Shown here: piece by piece, positions 1 to 8,571 of the stretch
Layout of the letters: the number at the start of each line of letters is the position of its first letter
Numbering within the stretch: position 1 is the stretch's first letter
From: Planctomycetota bacterium
Lineage (GTDB): Bacteria; Planctomycetota; UBA1135; UBA2386
DNA: 64,000 nucleotides
Direction of reading: 5' to 3'
NCBI GenBank assembly: GCA_965228735.1
Contig: OZ245838.1
Span: 3,648,001-3,712,000, forward strand
Translations under genes and position numbers: made by a program
The notes under the pieces: generated by a model
What the model was told of the DNA's origin: nothing
What the model saw: the letters and a program-made list of their open reading frames with translations, nothing else
The model's database searches: none

Positions 1-29
1 ACAGTACCGACGTCATGGTGCACGCGGGG

Positions 30-1550
30 TCAGGGTTGCCGTTCGTGCAGGACGAACGTGACGCGCGCCGAACAGAACCAAGCGCGTTCGACGTAGCCGG
101 CCGGCAGGGCGCGCGTCAGTCCGCCGTGACTCGTGATGAGCCACCGCGCCGTCGGATCCGCGCGGCAGAACTCGTCGCCCGGCACGATGAGATCGGCCGC
201 GAGCAGCATCTTGCTGTCGACGTGACCCCACGTGTGCACCGCGTCCGCGATGCCGCGACGCTCCAGTTCGGCGCGCACGAGTTCGCCGACCGGCGCGGCG
301 GCGCGGGTCGTGTGGCGATAGGTCAGGGCGCGGTCGAGCCCGACCGTCCACGCGATGACCAGGGGCATCGCGAGCGCGAACGCGACGAGGCGCATCGGCG
401 TCAACACGAGGCCGTGCGCGACCCCGAGGACTCCGAGCGCGCCCGCGATCGCGAGGCCGCTCGCGTCGAAGTAGAACGGCAGCGCGATCAACCCGCCCGC
501 CGCGAGCAACCCCAGGACCCGCAGCACCCGACGCGAGAAGATTCCGAGCGCGCGCGCCTGGCTCGCGAAGTGCGCGACCGCGGGCGCGACCGCGAAGATG
601 AAGAGCGGGACGTTCGGCAGCAGATAGCGCGTCGGACGGCCCGGGAAGAACGTCAGGATCGCGATCGCGAACACCGCGGCGCCGCTGCACATGCGCAGCA
701 TGAGATCCGCGTCGTCCATGCGCGCATCGCGGCGACCGCGCCATTCCCAGAAACACCACAGGACGAGCGGCAGCTGCACGAACACGGCGCGCCCCCAGAA
801 GACGGGCGTCTTCGCGAGGTGCTCCCAACGGAACCCGCCGATCCGCCCGACCGTCTCCTGCTGCGCCACGGCGAGCATCTCGCTCGGGGAGACGTGCCAC
901 AGGAAGAACGGGACGTAGTAGCACGCCGGAACGAGGAGCAGCGGCGCGAAGTGGTGCAGCGCGTGCTGCAGACCACGACGGCGAAACCACACGAGGTACG
1001 CGCCGCCCGCGAACACGAAGTAGGGCGGCCCCTTCTGCAGCAGCGCGAGCCCGCCGAGAACGCCGGACGCCAGAACGAGCGCGCCGCGTTCCCTCGCGAT
1101 CCCGACCGCGAGGCACCACAGCGACGTCGCGGTGAGCGCAGCGAACATCGGATCGATCTCGGCCGTGCCCCACTCGAACAACGCAATCGGCGAACAGACG
1201 ACACCGAGGGCTCCGACCCAGCCCGCGCCGGGGCCGAACGTCCGCCGCAGGAAGACCATCGCGAGCAGGGCCGTGAAGAACAGCGCGAGCACCGCCGGCA
1301 TCCGCATGAGCCAGGTCGAGTGCCCGAAGAGCTCGCTGAGGCCGCCCAGCGTCCAATAGTGCAGCGGCGGCTTCGCGAGCGTCGGCTCCGCGCCGTAGAG
1401 CGGCACCATCCACTCACCTTGCTGCGCCATCTCGAGCGCGATCTGGATCCGCCGGCCCTCGGTGCCGCGCATGTCGGCCATCAGCAGCTGCGGCAGGCAC
1501 GCGAAGAGCGTGAACAACAGCAGGATCAGCGCGCGACCGAGCGCGTTCAC
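30..1550 (-). CDS. ArnT/GT83-like (GT-C) polyprenyl-phosphate-sugar dependent glycosyltransferase
   Basis: Multi-TM protein with E..R..IALEM..GEWMVP and KPPLHYW motifs, MRMPA and QKGP; GTG start at 1550 overlaps the upstream stop (GTGA). The longer track ORF to 2141 is a spurious extension. Confidence 0.85.
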   Translation of the reverse strand: MNALGRALILLLFTLFACLPQLLMADMRGTEGRRIQIALEMAQQGEWMVPLYGAEPTLAKPPLHYWTLGGLSELFGHSTWLMRMPAVLALFFTALLAMVFLRRTFGPGAGWVGALGVVCSPIALFEWGTAEIDPMFAALTATSLWCLAVGIARERGALVLASGVLGGLALLQKGPPYFVFAGGAYLVWFRRRGLQHALHHFAPLLLVPACYYVPFFLWHVSPSEMLAVAQQETVGRIGGFRWEHLAKTPVFWGRAVFVQLPLVLWCFWEWRGRRDARMDDADLMLRMCSGAAVFAIAILTFFPGRPTRYLLPNVPLFIFAVAPAVAHFASQARALGIFSRRVLRVLGLLAAGGLIALPFYFDASGLAIAGALGVLGVAHGLVLTPMRLVAFALAMPLVIAWTVGLDRALTYRHTTRAAAPVGELVRAELERRGIADAVHTWGHVDSKMLLAADLIVPGDEFCRADPTARWLITSHGGLTRALPAGYVERAWFCSARVTFVLHERQP

Positions 1551-1867
1551 GAGCCCGCCGCCATGTCGGGATCGGCGTTGCGAACGTTGCGGATCAGCCA
1601 CAGGTTGCGCGCGTAGATCCCGGCCCCGGTCGCCTGGCCGAGGATGAACACCGGGTCGAGGCGGTAGATCGCGTAGGCCAGCATCAGCAGGCCGCCCGAG
1701 ATGCTGAGCCACCAGAACGCGATCGGCATCACGCTGCGTTTCGCGCGTTCGCTCGCGACCCACTGCACGAAGAAGCGCGATGCGAACACGGCCTGACCAC
1801 CGTAGCCGATGACCCACCAATACCACGGCGTCGACTCGACGACGCCGTCGACGAGGCTCGACAACAT
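1547..1867 (-). CDS. Lipid A biosynthesis N-terminal (LAB_N) domain membrane protein
   Basis: IGYGGQAVFASRFFVQWVASE..KRSVMPIAFWWLS..GG...LAYAI...DPVFILGQ....IYARNL is the LAB_N pattern; ATG overlaps the GT2 stop (TGATG). Confidence 0.85.
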   Translation of the reverse strand: MLSSLVDGVVESTPWYWWVIGYGGQAVFASRFFVQWVASERAKRSVMPIAFWWLSISGGLLMLAYAIYRLDPVFILGQATGAGIYARNLWLIRNVRNADPDMAAGS

Positions 1868-2610
1868 CACATCTCCTCCTCGACCCGGTGCAGCAGCACC
1901 CGAGTGCGCAACCAGCGCACGGCGAAGCAGTCGCGCAAACCGCGCAACATGCGGTTGCCGATGCCGTACTTGGCCGTGCCGGCGTGGCGCGGCCGATGAT
2001 TGACGTCGACCTCGGCGATCCGGCCGCCGAGGTAGCGCACGAGCGTCGCCATGAAGCGGTGCATGCCGACGAACCGCGGCGCGCGCAGGAAGTACTCGCG
2101 GCGGACCGCCTTGATCCCGCACGCCGCGTCCTTGATCGCATCGCCGGTGATCCAATTGCGGACGCGGTTCCCCACCCGCGACGACAGCCGTCGGACCCAG
2201 GTGTCGCGCCGCTGAGCGCGCACGCCGAAGACGCCGTCGACCTCGCCAGCTTCGATCCGCGCGATCATCGCCGGAATGTCCGCCGGGTCGTTCTGCATGT
2301 CGCCGTCGATCGTCGCCACGATCGGCGCGGCGGCGCACTCGACGCCGGCCATGACCGCCGCGCTCTGACCGACGTTCTGCGCGAGCTTGACGATGCGCAG
2401 CCAGCCGGCGTCGTGCGCCGCCTTCCATTCGCGCATCCGCGCGAGGCTCCGGTCGCGGCTGCCGTCGTCGACGGCGAGCACCTCGCACGGTCCGTTCGGC
2501 AGCAGCACGGCCGCGAGCTCGTCGAGCAGGTCGTCGATATTCTCCTCTTCGTCGTGGATCGGCACGACGAGCGAGAAACGCGGAGGCGCTGGCGGTCGGA
2601 CTTCGGGCAT
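1867..2610 (-). CDS. GT2 polyprenyl-phosphate glycosyltransferase (ArnC/DPM1-like)
   Basis: SLVVPIHDEEENI, VDDGSRD, NVGQSAA, IDGDMQNDPADIP, HRPRHAGTAKYG motifs. Confidence 0.9.
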   Translation of the reverse strand: MPEVRPPAPPRFSLVVPIHDEEENIDDLLDELAAVLLPNGPCEVLAVDDGSRDRSLARMREWKAAHDAGWLRIVKLAQNVGQSAAVMAGVECAAAPIVATIDGDMQNDPADIPAMIARIEAGEVDGVFGVRAQRRDTWVRRLSSRVGNRVRNWITGDAIKDAACGIKAVRREYFLRAPRFVGMHRFMATLVRYLGGRIAEVDVNHRPRHAGTAKYGIGNRMLRGLRDCFAVRWLRTRVLLHRVEEEM

Positions 2611-2744
2611 CTGCGAGCGGCGGCAGGATACCGCCAGCCGCGCGCCAGCGCGAACGTGCGGCGAGCGTGCTCGCGCTCTTCTGGCGCGAATCCGCGTGAA
2701 CCTTGCCTTCGCTCAGCACCGTCGCATGATGGGCGCGCGATCGC

Positions 2745-3680
2745 ATGCCGCCGCATCTCGAAGCCCTGCGCCCCCACCAGTGGGTCAAGAACCTGCTGGT
2801 CCTCGCGCCACTGCTCTTCGCCACGACCAGCGGCAGCACGAACCCCGAACAGGCCGCCGAACGGAACGCCTTCTTCGACCCTGCGAGCTGGCTCGCCGCC
2901 GCCTCTGCTTTCGCGGTGTTCTGCCTCGCCGCGAGCTCGATCTACCTGCTCAACGACATCGTCGACCGCGAGGCCGACGCGCGGCATCCCAAGAAGAAGA
3001 ACCGGCCGATCGCGTCCGGTCGCCTCGCGGTGGGCAGCGCCTGGCTGCTGCTCGCGATCGTCGCGGGCAGCTGCTACGGCCTGACCGCGCTCGTGCCGTC
3101 ATCGATCTCGGGCACGCCGTTCCTGATCTGGCCGACGGCCTACCTCGTCCTCAACATCGCGTATTCGTTCGCCCTGAAGCGGATGGTCGTCGTCGACTGC
3201 ATGTGCATCGCGCTCGGCTTCCAGCTGCGCGTGATGGCCGGCGCGGCCGCCATCCAGGTCGAGGCCTCGCACTGGCTGCTGCTCTGCACGTTCTTCTTCT
3301 CGCTCTTCCTGGCGTTCTGCAAACGCTACGAAGAGGTCGGGCGCAAGGCCGAGGCCTCCGGGCTGACCCGGGCGACGATGGAGGACTACACGCTGCAGTT
3401 CCTCAGCATGCTCATCGGCCCGATGGCGGCGCTCAGCATCCTGAGCTATGCGCTCTACACCGTGAGCCCCGAGACCGTCGCGCGGCACGGGTCGGACCGG
3501 CTGATGTTCACGGTGCCGTTCGTCGTCTACGGCGTCTTCCGTTACCTCTTCCTCGTCTATCGCAAGAGCGAGGGCGGTGATCCGGCCCGCCTGCTGTTCC
3601 GCGACCTGCCGCTCGTCCTCTCGGGCCTGCTCTACGGCATCGCCGTCGTCGTGCTCCTGCGTTTCGTGCCGGGCACCTGA
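2745..3680 (+). CDS. UbiA-family decaprenyl-phosphate phosphoribosyltransferase-like protein
   Basis: LRPHQWVKNLLV, IYLLNDIVDREADARHPKKKNRPIASG, LAFCKRYEE, YGVFRY, EGGDP motifs; multi-TM. Confidence 0.9.
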   Translation: MPPHLEALRPHQWVKNLLVLAPLLFATTSGSTNPEQAAERNAFFDPASWLAAASAFAVFCLAASSIYLLNDIVDREADARHPKKKNRPIASGRLAVGSAWLLLAIVAGSCYGLTALVPSSISGTPFLIWPTAYLVLNIAYSFALKRMVVVDCMCIALGFQLRVMAGAAAIQVEASHWLLLCTFFFSLFLAFCKRYEEVGRKAEASGLTRATMEDYTLQFLSMLIGPMAALSILSYALYTVSPETVARHGSDRLMFTVPFVVYGVFRYLFLVYRKSEGGDPARLLFRDLPLVLSGLLYGIAVVVLLRFVPGT

Positions 3681-3785
3681 ATGACGACGCCGCGCGCCGA
3701 TTCTCGCTGGATTCGACCCGGTTTCGCTTGCTCCACCCCGCGGGCGAACTAAATCGGCCCAGCAGCCCCCCACTCGACCCGTCCG

Positions 3786-5513
3786 GTGCCCGCCCCCACC
3801 TCACGATCCGCCTGGCGTCAGTACTTCCGGCTGCTCCGCCCCGAGGCCGCCGACCTGCGCACGATCGTCGTCTACGGCGCCGCGAGCGCCGTCCTGTCGC
3901 TGGCCGTGCCGCTGACGGTCGACGCCGTGATCAGCAACATCACGTTCGGGCAGCTGCTGATGCCGCTGATCATCCTGGTAGGCATCCTGCTCGGCTGCCT
4001 CTTGATGCAGGGCCTGCTCGGCGCGCTCCAGGCGTTCGTCGCCGAGGTGATCGAACGGCGCATCTTCGTGCGCGTCGTCAGTGACCTGTCGTGGCGGCTG
4101 CCGCGCGTCGACATCCGCGCGTTCGACCGGCGCTACGGACCGGAGCTCGTGAACCGGTTCTTCGACACGATCACGGTGCAGAAGAGCAGCTCCAAGCTGA
4201 TCCTCGAGGTCACCAACATCGTACTCGCGACGACGGTCGGCATGATCGTGCTCGCGTTCTACCACCCGGTGCTGCTCGGCTTCGTCATCCTGCTGCTGCT
4301 CGCCATCTTCTTCCTGGTGTTCGTACTCGGGCTCGGCGGCGTCCGGACCGCGGTGCAGGAGAGCTATGCCAAGTTCGAGGTCGCGGCCTGGCTGCAGGAA
4401 CTGTCACGCCACACGACGGCGTTCTGCACGCAGGGCGGCGCGAAGTTCGCACAGCAACGCGCCGAAGCGCTGACCGACGTCTACATCGGGGCACGCAAGC
4501 GACACTTTCGGATCCTCTTCCGGCAGATCTGCAGCGCGTTCGGCCTGCAGGTGCTCGCGAGCACGGGCGTGCTCGCGATCGGCGGTTGGCTCGTCATCGA
4601 TCAACAGCTGACCCCCGGCCAGCTCGTCGCGAGCGAGCTGATCGTCACGGCGATCGTCGCGAACATCACCAAGCTCGGGAACGTCCTGCAGAACTGGTAC
4701 GACGTCTGCGCCGCGTCGGACAAGGTCGGCGTGCTCGTCGACCTGCCGCTCGAGCGTCAGCTCGGCGAACCGCTGCCCGACGGCGAACGCGGCGTCCGCG
4801 TCGAGCTGGACAGCGTGAGGTGCGACGGCAACCAGACGTTCGCGCTCGCGATCGAGTCCGGCGAACGCGTGGCGTTGCTCGGCCCGACCGGCGGCAGCGC
4901 GAGTCGGCTGCTCGACGTACTCTACGGGCTGCGCGAGCCGAGCCAGGGCCATGTCACGGTCGAGGGACTCGACCTGCGGCAGCTGCGCCTCGATCGCACG
5001 CGCGACGATTTCGCACTCGTGCACGGCACCGAGATCGTCGAGGGCACGATCGCGGAGAACATCCACTTCGGGCGCGATCACCTCGGCGCGACGGAGATCC
5101 GCGACGCGCTCGTCGACGTCGGGCTGTGGGACGAGATCATGCAGCTGCCCGAGGGGCTCGATACGGAGCTGACGACGCGCGGCCGCCCGCTCACGGCGGG
5201 CCAGGCGATCCGACTGACGCTCGCCCGGGCGATCGCAGGTGAGCCTCGGCTGCTGATGCTCGACGGTGCGCTCGACGGGCTGCCGCCGGTCGTGCGCAAG
5301 GACGTCACCGACCATCTGTTCGACAAACGGCACGATTGGACCGTGCTCGTCGTGACCGCGATGCCGGACATCGCGGCCGCCTGCGACCGCAGCGTCGACA
5401 TCGAGCCCGAGGTCGTCGCGACCGTCGCGGAGCTGCACGAACAGGAGCTGGGTGAACAGGAGCCGGGCGAAGAACTCGGCGAGGATCGAACCGAGGAGGA
5501 CCGCGATGCCTGA
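3786..5513 (+). CDS. Type I secretion-type ABC transporter (TMD+NBD) with degenerate ATPase motifs
   Basis: TMD with PELVNRFFDTITVQK and LTPGQLVASELIV; NBD recognisable but Walker A reads GPTGGSASR, signature LTAGQ, Walker B LMLDG; precedes HlyD and TolC genes. Confidence 0.85.
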   Translation: MPAPTSRSAWRQYFRLLRPEAADLRTIVVYGAASAVLSLAVPLTVDAVISNITFGQLLMPLIILVGILLGCLLMQGLLGALQAFVAEVIERRIFVRVVSDLSWRLPRVDIRAFDRRYGPELVNRFFDTITVQKSSSKLILEVTNIVLATTVGMIVLAFYHPVLLGFVILLLLAIFFLVFVLGLGGVRTAVQESYAKFEVAAWLQELSRHTTAFCTQGGAKFAQQRAEALTDVYIGARKRHFRILFRQICSAFGLQVLASTGVLAIGGWLVIDQQLTPGQLVASELIVTAIVANITKLGNVLQNWYDVCAASDKVGVLVDLPLERQLGEPLPDGERGVRVELDSVRCDGNQTFALAIESGERVALLGPTGGSASRLLDVLYGLREPSQGHVTVEGLDLRQLRLDRTRDDFALVHGTEIVEGTIAENIHFGRDHLGATEIRDALVDVGLWDEIMQLPEGLDTELTTRGRPLTAGQAIRLTLARAIAGEPRLLMLDGALDGLPPVVRKDVTDHLFDKRHDWTVLVVTAMPDIAAACDRSVDIEPEVVATVAELHEQELGEQEPGEELGEDRTEEDRDA

Positions 5514-6936
5514 CGCGACCGAACCGTTCCCGTATCCGGCCTGCGAGCTACCCACGATCACGCAGGCGGGCAAGCGACGCGTCACGAAGCGGTTCTCGCG
5601 CTTCATGCTGCTCGTGCTGCTCGCCGTGCCGGTCACGCTGATGTTCGCCCCGTGGCAGCAGAACCTGGCCGGCCGCGGGCGCGTGATCGATCTCGACCCG
5701 ACCAACCGGCCGATGACGATGCAGGCCCGCACCGACGGCATCGTGCTGAAGTGGCACGTGCGCGAGGGCGACTACGTCACCGCGGACCAACCGCTCGTCG
5801 ACCTGGCCGACAACGACGCGAAGATCATCGAGCGGCTGCAGGAGCAGCTCACCGCCGCAGTTGCGAAGCGCGACGCGGCGATGGACAAGCGCGCCCGGTT
5901 CGAGGAGCAGATCAAGAACGCCGAAGCGGCGCGACTGGCGGCGATGCAGCTCGCCGACGACGAGATCGAAGCAGCCGTGCAGAAGCTCGAGGTCGCGCAC
6001 CAGGCCGTCGCCGTGGCGAACCAGAAGCTCGAGCTCGCGAAGTTCGTCGAGACGATGTGGGAGGGCATGGTCCGCGACCGCATCGGCGCGGGGATCCGAC
6101 TGCGCGAGGCGAAGCAGGGCCGCGCGATCGCCGAAGCCGAGGTCGCTGCGACGGCCGCCGGCGTGACCGGCGCCGAGGCCGAACTGCGGGCCAAGCGCAG
6201 CGCGCGCAAGCGGGTCGAACAGGCCGAGCTCGTGAAGGTGCAGGACGCGCGCGCCAAGTTCGCGACGGCCGAGGGCGAGATCGCGACGGCCAACGGTTCG
6301 ATCCCCAAGCTCGAGCGTGACCTCGAGCGCCAGCGCCAGCAGCAGATCACGGCACCGCTCGACGGCTATGTGCAGAACGTGATCGCGAACGGCCAGCGCG
6401 GCGCGTTCGTCAAGAAGGGCGTGCAGCTGGCCAGGATCGTGCCGCAGAGCAAGCAGCTCGCGGTCGAGCTCTTCGTCGACGGCAACGACGTGACGTTCAT
6501 CGATCCGGGTCGTCACGTGCGGCTGCAGTTCGAGGGTTGGCCCGCGATCCAGTGGGTCGGCTGGCCGTCGGCCGCGGTCGGCACGTTCGGCGGCAAGGTG
6601 CTGTTCGTCGATCGCGCGGCCAACGCCGACGGACGGTTTCGGGTCATGGTCGTGCCCGACGAGCGGCCGTTCGTGCAGCCCGAGGGTCCCGTCGTCGACT
6701 GGCTGCGCGGCTTCCTGACGTTCGACAACCGCCGCGGCCGGCGCGACCTCGACGAGAACGGCGAACCCAACCCGCACGCGTGGCCCGGCGATCTCTTCCT
6801 GCGCCAGGGCGTCGCGACCAAGGGCTGGATCGTCCTCGACCGCGTCTCGCTCGGGTTCGAGATCTGGCGTCAGCTGAACGGTTTCCCACCGACCGTCGAT
6901 CGCCCGGAGACGACCGGGAAGGGCCAGCCGAAATGA
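5506..6936 (+). CDS. HlyD-family membrane fusion protein
   Basis: N-terminal TM, lipoyl half-motifs (WHVREGDYV; ITAPLDGYV), long coiled coil, VRLQFEGWPAIQWVGWPS..VGTFGG; ATG at 5506 overlaps the ABC gene end. Confidence 0.9.
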   Translation: MPDATEPFPYPACELPTITQAGKRRVTKRFSRFMLLVLLAVPVTLMFAPWQQNLAGRGRVIDLDPTNRPMTMQARTDGIVLKWHVREGDYVTADQPLVDLADNDAKIIERLQEQLTAAVAKRDAAMDKRARFEEQIKNAEAARLAAMQLADDEIEAAVQKLEVAHQAVAVANQKLELAKFVETMWEGMVRDRIGAGIRLREAKQGRAIAEAEVAATAAGVTGAEAELRAKRSARKRVEQAELVKVQDARAKFATAEGEIATANGSIPKLERDLERQRQQQITAPLDGYVQNVIANGQRGAFVKKGVQLARIVPQSKQLAVELFVDGNDVTFIDPGRHVRLQFEGWPAIQWVGWPSAAVGTFGGKVLFVDRAANADGRFRVMVVPDERPFVQPEGPVVDWLRGFLTFDNRRGRRDLDENGEPNPHAWPGDLFLRQGVATKGWIVLDRVSLGFEIWRQLNGFPPTVDRPETTGKGQPK

Positions 6937-8480
6937 TGCGCGTCGGGAAACCCACCCAACTGCTCGTGCTCACCGCGACGCTCGCGGTCGCAGCGTGCAC
7001 GCCCACCCGCTACCGCTCCGAACCGATCGAGGTCGCGTTCCGGCGCCCGGCCGGCACAGCGGCCGTGGAGCCGGGCAGCGCCGCCGCGACGGGTGGCACC
7101 GCGACGGCGGAGCCGCCCGACGTCGGGGCAACTGCGGCCGCGGCAGCGACGGCGGACGCGCCGCTCCCGCTCAGCGACGTGATCGCCTCGGTGACCCTGC
7201 GGTATCCGCCATACCTGAGCACGCTGCTCGACCGCGACCTCGCCTCGGGCCGGCTGACCCAGGCGATGGGCAACTTCGACACGAACCTCTCCGCCAAGGT
7301 CGGCGACGGTCTGCAGGGCTTCTACGAGCCCACGATCGCCCAGGGCCTCGTCGAGCAACCGCTCGCGACGGGCGACACGATCTACGGCGGTTATCGCTGG
7401 AGCGACGGCTTCCAGCCCGACTACGACAAGGACCGCACGCAGGCCGGCGGCGAGATCGTCTTCGGAGCGCGCGTGCCGCTGCTGCTCGGCCGCGACATCG
7501 ACAAGCGGCGCGCGGCCGTGCGGCAGGCCGAGATCGGCGTCGAACTCGCAGAGCCCAGGATCCAGCAGGCCCGCATCGCATTCGTGCAGGCCGCGAGCAA
7601 GGCCTACTTCGGCTGGGTCGCGGCGGGCCGCAAGCTCACGGTCGCGCGCGAGCTCTTGCAGCTCGCGACCGACCGGCAGGCCGGCATGCAACGCGCGGTC
7701 GAGAACGAGTTCCTCGCGCCGATCGAGCTCACCGACAACGAACGGCTCATCACGCAGCGCCAGGTCTTCGTCGCGCGCGCCGAACGGAGCTTCCAGCAGG
7801 CGGCGCTGTTGCTGTCGCTCTATCTGCGCACGCCCGACGACCGCCCGATCGTTCCCGGTCCGGCCAGACTGCCGGCCGCCGACGACGCCGAGCCGCCCGC
7901 GCTCACGCGCACGCCCGAACAGGATCTCGAACGCGCGGCGGCCGGGCGGCCGGAGTTCCGCCGCCTCCGACTCGAGATCGACGACACGAAGACCGCGCTC
8001 GCCCTCGCCGAGAACGATCGACTGCCGAAGTTCGACCTCGTCGTCGAGGGCTCGTCGTCCTTGAGCAACGGCCCGTACAAGGACCGCGAAGACCTCGAAC
8101 TGTTCGTCGGTGGCGAGATCGCGCTGCCGGCGCAGCGACGCGCGGCGATCGGCAAGATGCAGCAGCAGACGGCCAAGCTCGGCCAGTTGCGGCTGGAGCA
8201 GCAGTTCTTGCAGGACCGCGTGCTCAACGAAGTGCTGGACGCGCGTTCGGCGGTCCGGACGGCGCGCGCGCAGCTCACCGCGACGGAACGCAACATCGAA
8301 CTCGCGCAGCAGCTCGTCGCAGCCGAGCAGCGCTCGTTCGAGCTCGGCCTCAGCGACCTGCTGCGCATCCAGCTGCGCGAGGCCCAGCTCGCCGACGCGC
8401 GGATGATGGCGATCGACGCACGCCGCGGGTTCGACCGCGCGTTCGTCGACTACCGGGCCGCCCTCGGCACCGAGCCCTGA
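6933..8480 (+). CDS. TolC-family outer-membrane efflux lipoprotein
   Basis: Lipobox VAAC, two OEP-like helical repeats, LPKFDL and E..SFELG.SDLL; ATGA overlap with HlyD. Confidence 0.85.
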   Translation: MMRVGKPTQLLVLTATLAVAACTPTRYRSEPIEVAFRRPAGTAAVEPGSAAATGGTATAEPPDVGATAAAAATADAPLPLSDVIASVTLRYPPYLSTLLDRDLASGRLTQAMGNFDTNLSAKVGDGLQGFYEPTIAQGLVEQPLATGDTIYGGYRWSDGFQPDYDKDRTQAGGEIVFGARVPLLLGRDIDKRRAAVRQAEIGVELAEPRIQQARIAFVQAASKAYFGWVAAGRKLTVARELLQLATDRQAGMQRAVENEFLAPIELTDNERLITQRQVFVARAERSFQQAALLLSLYLRTPDDRPIVPGPARLPAADDAEPPALTRTPEQDLERAAAGRPEFRRLRLEIDDTKTALALAENDRLPKFDLVVEGSSSLSNGPYKDREDLELFVGGEIALPAQRRAAIGKMQQQTAKLGQLRLEQQFLQDRVLNEVLDARSAVRTARAQLTATERNIELAQQLVAAEQRSFELGLSDLLRIQLREAQLADARMMAIDARRGFDRAFVDYRAALGTEP

Positions 8481-8571
8481 CCGCGCCGCCCGGGCCCTCG
8501 CGATCGGGCCCCGACGGCCCCCCGACGAGTCCGCTGCCAGACGCTATAGTCCGCGGGCCCCGCTCTCGCCC

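Noticed and set aside
5440..5482. Short degenerate 15-bp repeat at the ABC gene end (EQELG/EQEPG)
   Set aside because: It is a low-complexity acidic tail with two imperfect copies and no evident significance.
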